A stretch of DNA of 64,000 nucleotides from Phoronis australis. Lineage: Eukaryota; Animalia; Phoronida. A model generated the notes under the pieces. That model did no database searches and was not told the origin of the DNA. It saw only the letters and a list, made by a program, of their open reading frames with translations. A program made the translations under genes and the position numbers. The stretch covers positions 208,969 to 272,968 of the forward strand of contig NMRA01000429.1 of NCBI GenBank assembly GCA_002633005.1. The letters run 5' to 3'. Positions 51,416-63,715 of the stretch are shown in pieces. Within the stretch, counting starts at the first letter, position 1; each line of letters begins with the position of its first letter.

Positions 51416-52697
51416 TTGAAGTAACAATAGTGCCAATTTTGCATAAGTTATTTAAGGTGATTTTTGATTCTGAGTACTATCCCCAGACTTGGTGTGACGC
51501 AATGCTTACTCCAGTTCATAAACAAGGTAACATCGATGACGAAGATAGCTACATGTATACAGGTATTTCCCTGCTGTCTGCTCTGGGAAAAGATTTTACC
51601 AGACTTCTAAATAATCGTCTTTATTGCTGGACTGAAAGTAATGATAAACTTTATGAGTCTCAAGCTGGCTTTAGAAAGGGCTACTGTACGACTGACCAAG
51701 TGGATATACTTCAAGCTATGTGTCATAACTATTTGAGTCACGGAGGGTGGGAGATTTTACAACGCTTTTGTGGATTTCTTGAAGGCATTCGATCGATTAC
51801 CTCATAATTTACTCTTCCAAAGATTGAAAAACATTGATGTGCACGGAACATTTTTCAGCACACTCCGCTCTATGTAGGGTAAATTGCGAAGCCATTAAAA
51901 CGTTATCTACATTAAGCTAATAAAGTTGCTTTTGCAATTTGTAAATTAAAGCGAAGATGTCGTGATCTACCCCCGTCAATAACCTTTCACCTGTTCAATA
52001 AAATGGTTTACCCCTCTTTGCGTTATGGTGCTGAGATATGGGGCTTTAAGGAATATGAGCAATTGGAAAATATACATATCAAGTTTTGTAAACGCATTTT
52101 AGGAGTAGGCAGTTGTTGTTCAAACTCGGCAGTTATGAGAGAATGTGGTCGATTCTCATTGTTTATTAAATATTTTGTATCCTTTATAAAATATTGACTC
52201 AAAATCTTGGAGATCCCTAGTAGTCGTGGGGTAAAGGCAACATGACTTTATGCTTTTCAGTCGGACCTGATCGGAGGATCTTCTTATAATTAGACAGGTT
52301 TTGTAAGGTATATGGTTTTTCAGATGTATGGATTAATCAGGGTGTGGTGAAACAAGCGTATTTCTTGACATTTTTTCCCCAGCTTATCAGTAACTGTTAT
52401 TTGCAATGCTGGCATGCTATCGAATGTAACACAAAAGTGTCTCACTATGTGAGGTTTAAAACAATGTATTGTCTAGAGAATTATTTAGAAATAGTTAGTA
52501 TCCTACGTGTTTTTTATCCGGTCTCAGACTCGATTGCAATGCTTTAAATAATCCGTTACTAGTGGGAAAAGGTCGCCACACAAGTATTCTCTATGAAAAC
52601 ACATGTAGGTTGTGTGAGTTATGTAATTCTGGGTGTGTAGAGGACGAATACCCCGTTGTGTTACTTTTCAGTGCGTACCAAGACCTTAGGGTTAAGT
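51416..52697 (+). mobile_element. Second copy of the same LINE family with an internal deletion of about 430 bp in the RT core
   Basis: Colinear with about 41771..43380 (YYPQTWCDA, YESQAGFRKGY, YGAEIWGFKEYEQLEN); jumps from the equivalent of about 42230 to about 42660 near 51890. Confidence 0.9.
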
Positions 52698-55600
52698 CAT
52701 GACAGCGTTTTCCCGTTCGGTGACTTTACCAGACGTAGGGGGTTCTGAGCGTGTAATAGCATCTAGCTTCTTTGTTAACTGCCAAGCACACTCTTTTGTC
52801 TGTTATGACAACAAGCAGGCCAATTATCTACCAGGCTTTGTACAGACCACGTATGAACACAGTCAAACTCAGAGTGAATTTGTGTATTAGGAAAGAATAG
52901 ATTGTCGTAACTTCGGTTGCAGTAGGGCGATTTTGGCGATTCAAAAACTAAAGATGATCACAATTTGACGAAGATTTCAGAAATGCTATTGGTTTATGTT
53001 CAAATATGTTATAACTTAACTTTATTTTTAACAGCACAGCCCAGTTAGGGAACGATCTTACTGGAGATTAGAGCAATTATGGAACAAAAGAGAGCTGGCC
53101 TCCAACCATAAATGCCAGAATGGGGTTAAAGGCACTATTTCCGCTTCATTTTTGTTAAAAACTTCATGAAACGGATCTTTACGCAAACACTTTTATTCGA
53201 AACCTAAGCCCAAATAATAGTCTTCGCCATGACATCGATTTTTTTCATAACGAACTGAATTTAATACAGATTTTTTTAGCTTAATTTTTAGCTTTTCTGT
53301 GGTGCACCAAGAAATAAATAGAGGCCGTACGAAGTGTCAATCGAAGATTCGAGTGTCGACTATGAACTTGGAGTTTCGGTTAATCTCAAGATCGTATATG
53401 GGCCTACGTGAACTCGGTATACCCACTCAAATAATCACGTTCAAGCTACTATAATTTGCCAGCGGGTGAATTGCTCCTGCAACCAATAATTACAAAAATT
53501 CTCTACACTGAACAAAATATTCACCAGATTTTTTTATTGTGTATTTAATTTAAGCTCCGCATACGCGATCTTCAGATTAAGCAAAATTCAAGTTCACGCA
53601 TACCAAGCAAGTAATGGCAGGCGTTCGGGCTAAAATAGGTCGTCCTCCGTTGAAAAGGCTTGCTGAGCGTTCTCGAGTTGACTATTATCGCCGTAAAGTT
53701 TGAAATGAGGATCAGTTTGGGTGCTGGACTTATCTGCAATCCAGATGGCTGTTACACGTTCTGAGATAGGAAAGATTTTGCTCGAACAGGTAAGTTATCA
53801 ACGGATGTCCGAGGCGTCACTTGCAATGCTAACCTTACTAACCTTGCTTAGTTTTCAGAATGTTATGGCAGATTTGTTTTACTGCCTAACAGTACACAGT
53901 AGAGCACACTGACATTACAATATTCCTTTCGTAAAATCCTTGGCGTCTTTGACTGAGTATTTTTGCGTTATTTTACTGTTTTAGTTGTTTAGCCCTCCGG
54001 GCTTGGTTTCGTCCACTTGTGTCTTGGATTAATTTGAGCAAACAAAGAAGCCCAAGCGTTTTTCATGTAAAAGTAAGTGGACTGGTAGGTAAGGGCTGTT
54101 GAAACCGAACAGTTGTACACAGGTTCGCAACCTAGGATTGTCACACACTTATCTCCCTGAGAACACTGGCTTAGGCTGTGATCAATATTGGACTATTGGG
54201 GCAATGCAGATGTTTTCAGTAAATGTCCAACCTTAGGACTTTGCAAATTTGGCCACGTTTTGATGACGTCTACTCAAGGATCAGTATTTACTAGTATACC
54301 GGTTAGTTACAATAGAAAATATGTCCGTGTAGAATCTATAAATGTTTTCGAAAATTTAGATCATATTTTGTCGCATCTCGGTTGCCGAACATCATAGCAA
54401 AGAATCTTCGGCCAGCCAGGCTGTGTTTTCATGACTTGGTCCAGATTGATATTTGAACTAACACATGAAATAGAAGTAAGATTTATTAAAACCAAGACAG
54501 CAGAATTGATGGTCAAATAATTACTTGAGAATGTTTGCAAGAGAATGAATGGGAACCTGGATATAATGCGAAAGCGATTTCTGGGGCTGTGGTTGTTTTT
54601 AATTTTATTCTTCAAAATTTAAGATATGGTCAAATAATTCTCATTTTCAATTACGAGCCTGGTTTTTTTATTTCAATAAAATGTATTTAATAACGTCACT
54701 TATTCTTTCAGATCAATGACAAATCAACTGTTAGTCCCTGTAGTCCCTACCTCATCACGACCTAGGCTATGCTTGATGTTAATATTCTTGATCAACAACT
54801 TAAACCCGATGTGACTAATTGCACATGACAGCAAAATACGATGAGCCACCACTGTCGACTCGTCAACAAAACAAACAGATAACCTGGTTCAAGTAGAAAG
54901 CATTTGTGTCAACAATTTACAAGAAGAAACGTAACCTGCATTCAGGGTAATACCTAATCCGTAACACTAGAATTGTCGCAATTTGGTCATATTTACTTTT
55001 CATGTTTCGAAGCTAGTTTTCCGAAAAAAACTGATACCCTTTCGTCAGACAACTTTTTGGTGCATTGACTTGTTCTCTAATGTATTTTCCCACGTCTCTG
55101 TGGTTAATTATTGACACATTTTTAAGATTTAATATCCAGGTTGGACTCGAAAGACCGCCCATTTAGCTCACGCAATGTCAACTTCCGCTTTGTTTATCGC
55201 AGTGAGCCTCGCTTTGGATTTTAATGTCCGCCACGTGAATTAGTTCTGTAGAAGCTACTCGACAGAAAACAAAGCAAGTTGACAGAAACATATGTGAAAT
55301 CTTTTGCCGTGCTAACATGAAAGTAAATCCAAAGTGAACAGTTCTTCAATAAAGAGACAATTTGGTAAAGTAAGAGATAACAAGACCATGAAAACCATGC
55401 CATTCCTGGCACCAACACAGGGTCCGAGTGATTTTTGAGCGATGGCAGGCAGACCAATAGACCAAAACAAACCCAAACAAAAGAACAATTATGACAAAAT
55501 TACAATATCATGATACTGCACAAGTTTGATGAAAAATAAATGCAGAAGAATCTGGCCTATATAGATGACTTTACGTCCGAATAACGGAGAAACTTATTTT

Positions 55601-56778
55601 TACGCTTGAATAATCTGATTAATTTGTTCACGTTTCATTTATATAGAGTGGAGTATTCTTTTTTTTCCTTCAACAACAAGATTTTTAAATATTGCCTGTA
55701 AATTATTAATTTTTTGTTCATTGTTGATAAAGTGTTTAGTAGTTGGAATTGTGACCTTTACTTTCTGTTTAGTCCGTTCAGTTACTTTTATTATTGAAAT
55801 GAACATTTTCTCATAGCCAAATTGTTTTTATTTATAGAAAGCTCTTTAGAAACTTCAGACTTCATCTTTTTTCAGAGAAACGTTGCTTTTCAGATTTTAG
55901 GTGTGTTCCCTGCAACAGAAACTTAAATATAAGATTAGGAAACAACCAGATGACCACCTGTGATTGCCACTTTGATTTGCTGTTATAAAAATCAAACAAA
56001 AGTACGATTTTATAGTTGATCAAGACTTAGTGAGAGAGGATATAATTCTTTGGGAGTTTGCCACCATTTCCTGTCATCATAGCGTAGACTTCATTTTGCA
56101 TTTATTTTTTGCCATCATCTAATCCTCTTCTCTGTGAGTGATGATACATGTAACTCCTTGAGAAAGAATTAAGTTTCACGCACCGGTAGGCAAACTGTTG
56201 TTTACAGCTGTAGTTTTACTTTTTGTTGTCTTCAATCCATTAACTACAGAAAATAAATCAAATCCACTGGGTGATTTATAACAGGCACTAACAAAACCCA
56301 AATGAAATACCAATTAGTGATTGCACTCAGTTAATGTTAAGTAAACTTAATTGAAGAGCATTTATTTACAGGTACCCTGAGTACATGCATAGCTATTTTG
56401 TCTTCTCTTGACGACGGAGCTTTAATGAGTTGGAGGGGTATTTTGGTGCTGTCTTGGGACTGAAGTTCCCTATCTATTTCTCCTGGTTTTACCTCCACTG
56501 TCACATATGGATCAGTCTCAGTCCCTAGCTGAAGTGGTTGTAGGTCACAACCCACACTATCACAACAAATAAAATAAAAAGAGACATGCAGGGTACACAC
56601 TACTGTACATGTTATTCTAGGAAATGAAGCTGACACTCAAAAACCATAATAAGCAGTTTCAAAAGGGAATTCATGAGACTTGCATGTTTTAATAACGAAG
56701 ATTTATTGTCTGTATCATCACATATACAAACAAAAATATACGGTATATAACTTACCTCAACTTTGTACGATTACAAAT

Positions 56779-57214
56779 TTATGACTGGTGCAGTTGCTTG
56801 CTACAGTCTGTTTTGAAGTTCACCTTGGTGCAGAACAACTTGAAACACGGGTGGGGGCACCAAGCTATTCTACACTGTTCGCAACGATATTCAGTCTGAT
56901 GCCGATTCACTATCCGTTTTGAACATACGGCACAACCAGGGAACTACTAGCGACCACTACTCGTTTTTGTCGGATTGATTTCGATGAAGTGACGCTCGGT
57001 CATACGGGTCGGAACATTTTGAATAGGGCGAAGTACCGCACGATTTCGACTGTAATTGGCCAATAACCCTTTCACCACATTTAACCGGAACCGTTGAGGT
57101 GTTGTCACCGTCACTTTCGAGTGCCAATTCCAGCTCGTTTTCACTTTCTGAATCCATGAACACTTCCTCAAGAAACTGGTCAACATTCATCTTACCATGT
57201 TTGGCCCCAGCCAT
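56779..57214 (-). mobile_element. Internally deleted piggyBac-like transposase remnant
   Basis: Acidic N-terminus MAGAKHGKMNVDQFLEEVFMDSESENELE joined to RMTERHF and the C-terminal Cys-rich domain CAVCSKR...TEYRCEQCRIAWCPHPCFKLF; DDD core absent; TIRs not found. Confidence 0.7.
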
Positions 57215-57521
57215 AATAAAACTTGTGTAAACTTTCAAATATCTCGCTAACAACTCACCACAGCCATACGTTGTAAATAAGAGAAATGTACAGGAAACAA
57301 TAAACTGTGGAATGCGCATGCTCACATATATAAACAACATACGGAGCTTTCACAATTTCTGAATGAAAAACATCAGTGTCCTGGTGTGAGTACACTCTCC
57401 TTGCGGAGCCCAGCTGTACATGTAGCTTACCATAGGCGGCGATTGAGTGCACCCAACGCATTTTAATAGGATAATTGGCTTGTCGGCTGATCTCGCCTAG
57501 CGCATTGACCGAAAACAAGTG

Positions 57522-57710
57522 TTCACCGAATAATTAACCGAAGGCCTTTATACTTTCGTCACCCACTACTTAATCAACTTTTTATCGGCTTCAGCAAATC
57601 GACTTAATTTAAACTTAGGAACAAAAAAAGCTCGGTGGATTTCTCTGAAACTTTTCAAACTAATAGACTAATCGAAAATTCCTAACAGCGTTTTTGAGGT
57701 AACTGGTGAA
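57522..57710 (+). mobile_element. Internally deleted copy of the 48019..48338 MITE
   Basis: Shared termini and the shared internal block acttaattt.aacttaggaa. Confidence 0.65.
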
Positions 57711-58054
57711 CAACTATTATTAAGATCTCTTGGTCTATTTACACCGACCTCTTTTCTATTTACACAGTCACGACGTTTCGGTCGGTCGATTCTCCGGCCA
57801 TCGGGAGGTGCTCCCGTGTCATCTTAGAAGAACGAGCACGATGTAGGGATATAGGGGTCTCGAATTTTTGGGTCTGTGGACCTTATTACTAAAAACGGGA
57901 TTTGTTCAAGGCCTATGCATTGTGCATTTGCCACCCCCCGAGCCCCCTTGGCTGCGCGCATATGCAAGTCAACAATTCGCACCCCGAACTGCCAAATGAA
58001 ATGTAGGAGAATTTCAGGGGGGGGGGTGGGGCACGTGAGCAGTCCTTCGTTCAG

Positions 58055-58198
58055 GGATTGTTCTTAAACCCTCTCGACCCCCACAAACAACGACCCCTCG
58101 ACCCACGGCTCACAACCCCTTGTCTACACAAGCTCGACTCGATCTGAACATACATGTAGAACAACGTGTCGGCTGTCTTTTCCGTGTTTTTTGCAATT
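58055..58198 (+). mobile_element. Left-arm fragment of the same MULE-like family
   Basis: ggattgttcttaaacc...gtctacacaagctcgactcgat matches 3429-3670. Confidence 0.7.
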
Positions 58199-58223
58199 GC
58201 GGGAGTATATCATATGTAAAGAT

Positions 58224-58338
58224 AGGATATACCACTGACGTCATTCTGTTGAGTGGTCTATCCTATATACCTATATATACATATACATATACATATATAT
58301 AGGATTGACCACTGAAACGAATGCCATCAGCGGTATAG
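58224..58338. repeat. Imperfect palindrome around a TA/TACA spacer
   Basis: tataccactgacgtcattc...agtggtctatcctatata versus tatataggattgaccact...gaatgccatcagcggtata. Confidence 0.7.
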
Positions 58339-58411
58339 GGGATATACAATGTACCAATTAAAGCATTCCCAAGTGTGGGATTGTCTGGGCAATTCTGGTT
58401 ATTCAATTTAA

Positions 58412-59689
58412 AGGCGAAGGCAACCTTTTTTATGTCACTTTTAGCAAAAATAAGGTTCGTTGATTATCCCAGACACATTTTTCACTTAATTACAGTTTTT
58501 CGTAATTTGATTAATTTCTCGTCCTCTACTCTGGAAGTGACGTTTTGGGAGGCAAGAGTTTCGCGCCAATTTCTTTTCATTATAGTCTGACTATGAGAGT
58601 TGTCGAGTCAGTCATTGTTCTACCTCGGTTGTGATAAGTTCGGTCTCCGTTTGCTTTTGTTTACAAGTCAGTCAACATGCCACGCTGTTGCTGCGTGCCG
58701 GGATGTACTCATTATCGTCTCACACGCGCTTTGGGTACCTTGCGTCGCTTTCCGAAGGGTGACACACTTCGCCGTACTTGGCTAGCTCGTTCATGTGAAG
58801 AACGCAACGCTACCCGTCCACGCAACGTACAAAGCAGTGGAGGGTTACCGAGTTTGTGGCAAGCATTTTCTGCCGTCAGATTATGACAGAGATATGTACG
58901 CTGAATTGATGAAGGTCCCTGCGAAACAACGCCTGAAGAAGGGTACCATACCGTCGCTGTTGATTCCCGACAGTGTCCTGTCGCCAACACCGAGAAGTGC
59001 GTTTTTGAAGCGAGAAGCCTCGCTAGCTGTGGCCACTATATACAGTGACTGGAGGCACTTCATCTACTGTCACCCGTGCCTCCGAACGTACCCCATTGCG
59101 TGCAATTCCGGGAACTAGCAGTGATTCGCCTGTGCTGTTGTCTCTAGCCTGTAAGTAGCCCTGCAGCGATGTTGAGTACTGGGAGTGAATACAGGCCCAG
59201 TTCGACACCCCAGTGAAGAGGACAGTTCGTCATCCAGTGAACAGATCGGTGAGCCTAAGTTTGATAAGTTTATTGTGGACTTGTATTGGAGCTATTTGGA
59301 AGGTGCTCAGATCACCCTCCAGTGGGAGTGTGTCGCGGGACACTCGGGCAAGTGGGACAGTTCTTCCACTGCACGTGAAACGATAATGAGTACACCCCAG
59401 TACGCAGCAACAGCGTGGCATGTTGACTGACTCGTAAGCAAAAGCAAACGACGACCGAACTTATCACAACCGAGGTACATGTAGAACAATGACTGTCTCG
59501 ACTGCTCTCACAGTCAGACTATATGGAAAGAAATTGACGCGAAATTCTTGCCTCCCAAAACGTCACTTCCGGAGTAGACGAGTAATTAATTAAATTACGA
59601 AAAGCAGTAAATAAGTGAAAAATATGTCTGGGATAATCAAAGAACCTTATTTTTGCTAAAAATGACATGAAAAAAGGTTGCCTTCGCCT
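58412..59689 (+). mobile_element. Kolobok-type DNA transposon derivative with ~315-bp inverted arms and a frameshifted THAP domain
   Basis: ttaa|AGGCGAAGGCAACC...GGTTGCCTTCGCCT|ttaa; THAP motifs MPRCCCVPGC, RFP, W, RVCGKHF, LKKGTIPSL; downstream WECVAGHSGKWDSS. Confidence 0.85.
58677..59370 (+). pseudogene. THAP-domain transposase N-terminal fragment (frameshift near 58790, truncated before the catalytic domain)
   Basis: ORFs 58677.., 58795.. and 59185.. together give a C2CH THAP domain plus a following Cys/His segment. Confidence 0.8.
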
Positions 59690-60477
59690 TTAAGTCTTTT
59701 TTGACCGGCCATCGGTCCATATTGTTGTTCCGTGATGATAAAGCCAGGAAAAGTTGAAATATTACTTTTCAATTTAAAGTGAAATGTCACTACTATCCCG
59801 TACACAAGATCAAAAGCACCAAAGAGAAAAACATTGAAATACAACAAATCATATAAATTACCTCACTGACAAATGTTTCAGCAACAGTTTCTAGTTCACA
59901 ACATTCTCCATTTCATTTGTCTAAACTGGATGTGATAATTACTGGTTACTTCCATTGGATAATGCCCGTTCGTCAGTGTAATTTTCTGGAACAAAACTGT
60001 GCGAGAATTTGACTTTCCTCACTAAATTACTCTCTAAGTGGGTCATTTTTTATGTCCGTGTCTACTATCTAAATCAGTAGGTATCCCAATTTTCGGGGGA
60101 ATTTTGTGGGTAAAGGCGTCTTGTGATAGCAAAATTGTCAGAAAAGGCTACCCTTTGCATCTTTTGTACTAGGAAACTTATAGTGAAATAATCACCCTAC
60201 TGAGTGGCACGTACCGTACATTATACCAGTAAATACTTCTTCTACATGTACATTTCTCGCATGTGCCTACGACGTAAGATGTACCAACTTGAGATAATAA
60301 GTGTTGGGCTGTCTTCGGTGAGTCCATTCATCCTTCAATGATGTTTAGGTAAATCAGGAGAGGTCTAGCAATGTAAAATTCAATAATGCCGTAAAATGTA
60401 GTTGTTGCATTTTACGGCGTATCAGAGCGTACATGTATACACGTGACTTTCTAAAACCGCTCTGAGGAGGTGGTGGC

Positions 60478-60957
60478 GTGTTACAACTATTATTAAAACG
60501 CCCACTGCAGACTGTCTGCTTGCCACATATACCTGGAACAACCGAGAAGCTAGGACGCATATGTAAAGAATTTAAAATAAGAATAGTATACCGCATCTCA
60601 GACACACTGGGTCGGCGACTGACAAAAGTCAAACTTCGAACTGATATGGGAAAAAAGAAAAATGTCATCTATGAAATCCCATGTGAATGTGCATGTGAAT
60701 CATATATCGGTGAAACATTAAGACCACTGCAGACAAGAATTGCTGAGCATAAGAGGTGTTGTAGAGAAGGTAATACCTCATCAGGAGTAGCTGAGAACAC
60801 ATGTGGTCGAAACAACACAACATCCAGTGGCACAACATCCGAATACTAGACAGTGAAACAGGTTGGACAAAGAGAATGATCAAAGACGCCATGTACATGA
60901 AAGTAAAAGAAATGTCTCCTGTCAGCCAAGCAAACACCCAAGTGACACCTGGCTGAG
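60478..60957 (+). mobile_element. Penelope-like element fragment: GIY-YIG endonuclease
   Basis: LPHIPGTTEKLGRI...NVIYEIPCEC..SYIGETLRPLQTRIAEHKR, then after a frameshift HNIQWHNIRILDSE...RMIKDA. Confidence 0.85.
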
Positions 60958-60984
60958 TGTACTTTGGACGGTTTAATAATGGAT

Positions 60985-61040
60985 GACTCCGTGGTGTAGT
61001 GGTTAAGGTGCTGGGCTCAAAAACATGCATCTGTAGTTTC
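60985..61040 (+). mobile_element. tRNA-like SINE head truncated next to the hAT MITE
   Basis: A-box-like GTGGTGTAGTGGTTAAGG. Confidence 0.4.
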
Positions 61041-61043
61041 AGA

Positions 61044-61227
61044 CAGTGCTGTAGTGGGGCGTAGGCGCACGTAGGCGCAGCCTACCACCTTTTGACATTT
61101 GAACTTAGTGCTTACGCACCGTAAGTTACGTTATAGTGGGGCGTAGACGCACGTAGGCGCAGCCAACCATCTTTTCACATCTTAACGTAGCGCCTACGCA
61201 CAATAAGTGACGGTATAGTGGGGCGTA
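61044..61227 (+). mobile_element. hAT MITE derivative with its internal 82-bp segment tandemly repeated
   Basis: Left TIR CAGTGCTGTAG, then tagtggggcgtag at 61052, 61134 and 61216; no right TIR seen. Confidence 0.8.
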
Positions 61228-62769
61228 GTCTTGATACGATAGCTTACGGTATCGATGCACTGCTGACGCTGGCGGCAATTTGGAGAGGCGTTGACTTGAC
61301 AATGGTGAGCAGTCAGTTTGCTGGGCATCTTGGGACCCAAAACGTAGCCGATGGGATCCGGATAAGACATGACGACCATGACGTCAGGTGCATTTGCTAT
61401 GGGTTTGGGCTGGTTGCCAAAACAGCAATCAAAGGAATGCGTGACTTCAGAGAAATGGAGGCTGTGGACGGTAAGAGTACAAACTACCAGGTGCTCTGCC
61501 ACAACTGGACGGATTCAGTGAAATGAATCGGATAGTAACACACAGCTCTTGTTTGCTAGCTACTGTATTAGAAACCCCCTCCTGCTCGCTGTTTGGCAAG
61601 GTCAACGGTTCCCCGCGCCTTCCAAGTTCGACCCACAACCCTATGCCGAAACATAGTTTCGACAAGACGGAACTGCTGATAGTTCAGATCATCATGTAAC
61701 TTAGAAAAGAAAAAAGGCTGCCGACAAAAAACTTGAGTTTGTGGAGGTGACCCCACTAATACGATCCGTTTCCTTCTTGGTGGCAGATTCATAATAAGAA
61801 CGGCTTTTAGACAAACTAATTAGTGTATAAAACACAACAAACAACATACTGACATTATCGTTCCGGTTTCATATTGCCTCTCTCTAAATTAATGACAGCG
61901 AGAAAACGACTCCACTTGATCCCGACTTAGATTTGGTGGACAGAATTCAGTGCTTCTTATAGTGCTCCATTAATTCAAACCAGAGAAATAAATCCCATTG
62001 TCAATCCTACACATTGCTTGATTTGGTTAACTAATTTATGTTAGCTTTTTTACATCGTTTGGGATCGAATTTCTACCGCTTTATTAGTCCCAGCCACCGA
62101 CAATGCACCCGTGAATTCCTCATTACGAAAAGAAAAAGTGTCGTATTTCTTCAATAGGGCCCATTAATCGTACAAAATTAGCAAAACGCAACAGTTATAT
62201 AAACATTGTTCCATTCTCGTATGAGCTACTGAAGTTCCAACAGACATATGTCTGGTTAGTGACATCTATCGACACACATTGAAGGTAACATTTGATCTTG
62301 ATGTTTTTGCTTTCTTTCGCCCCACCCTAAGATGGTTATGTAGGAACATAGGTTGTTATTTGTCCATTTTTCATTGTCGGGGCTCGCTCACTTTTTTGGA
62401 AAAGCGTTTTGTTTTTACCACTGAAATAGAATTTTTGTCAAAAATGTCTTCCACACATTTTTCGGGTGTTGGTTTGAGGTGCAAACATACAACCAATAAA
62501 ATGTTCCACTGACTTTTTGAGGGTTAGAGAATTATGGGATGAACATGTTCCTCGCCTCCTATTGGCACCAACTGTAGGTGTACATTCTCTGGTTTCATTT
62601 GTTATTGTGTTTAGCTAACCGGTGTGGCAAGTGTCCAACTGAAGATATCCCACAAGTCTCTGGTCTGGGTGCTCTCATTGCTTGTTTTTTGTCTTATCTT
62701 TGCTGAATTCTTCTTAATTCTGTGCCCATGTATTGTGTGCCGGAGTCAGACATGCGTCCGTTTCACGAC

Positions 62770-62925
62770 CAGTGCTGTAGTGGTAAAATTAAAGGTAAGT
62801 AGGCGCCCAAAACCCACCGTATCACTTTGAGCACTGAACGTAACTTACGGTGCGTAGGCGCTACGTTCGAATGCCAAAAGGTGGTTGGCTGCGCCTACGT
62901 GCGCCTACGCCCCACTACAGCACTG
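62770..62925 (-). mobile_element. hAT-type MITE (156 bp)
   Basis: TIR CAGTGCTGTAGTGG...CCACTACAGCACTG with a perfect 8-bp TSD ttcacgac on both sides. Confidence 0.9.
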
Positions 62926-63390
62926 TTCACGACAGAGACATGAGGTGGAAATTTAGTTTTACGCTCCTACTTCATATTTGTTGAATAAAATTTTAAGTCA
63001 AGTAGTTGGGAGCTCAAAAGAGTCTGGATATAACTTACAGAAATTATCTCGGTAACTAAGCAGGTATCCGTACATTTTCAGAGGTTTAGACTTTTTGCTT
63101 AGGAGAGACTTAGTTATTGTTCACAAATAATTAGGTTGGGAGTAAAACCAAATTTCTGTCGTCACTATTAAACAGACCGATGTCGCATTCGTTTAATGAG
63201 AGTTTATTGACTAAGTGACTTGTTTCACTTGTTAATTTTTACAGTATATATTTTGTGACATTACAGTGCTGAAACTCTAGTCACACGTTTTGCATTTTTA
63301 GCAGGTGTCTGTAGGTGTCTGATGGTCCTGGCATTGAATGGCATTACGTATGTAGGTTGCGGTATGCGAGCGGAGTATTGAGAATGTTAA

Positions 63391-63715
63391 AGGCCTATGG
63401 TCCGAGTTATAGAAGAAAAAACCTCTTAACGCCGTTTAAGCCGGTTTTTTTATGTGACATGGAGTTCAAAAAGTTATTAACTTTCAACTTGTGCAAAAAG
63501 TTTGAAAAAAATCGTTGTAAATACTACAAACGAATGAAATGTTTACAAAGAATTTAGTATCCCGACCGCTAAATAGATTATAAACATTACAACAACGCAT
63601 GCGCAGCCACAGATCTAGAGGTCAACAGAATTTATACAAATGGCGGGGAGAGGTAGATCTATGAAGTGTACGTCCGAAGGCGAAACGCAGTCGTCCTGCT
63701 CTACGAGATTCAGAA
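63391..63715 (+). mobile_element. Kolobok-like terminal arm (TTAA|AGGCCTATGGTCCGAG)
   Basis: About 300 bp homologous to the reverse complement of 45150..45415; both abut TTAA. Confidence 0.65.
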
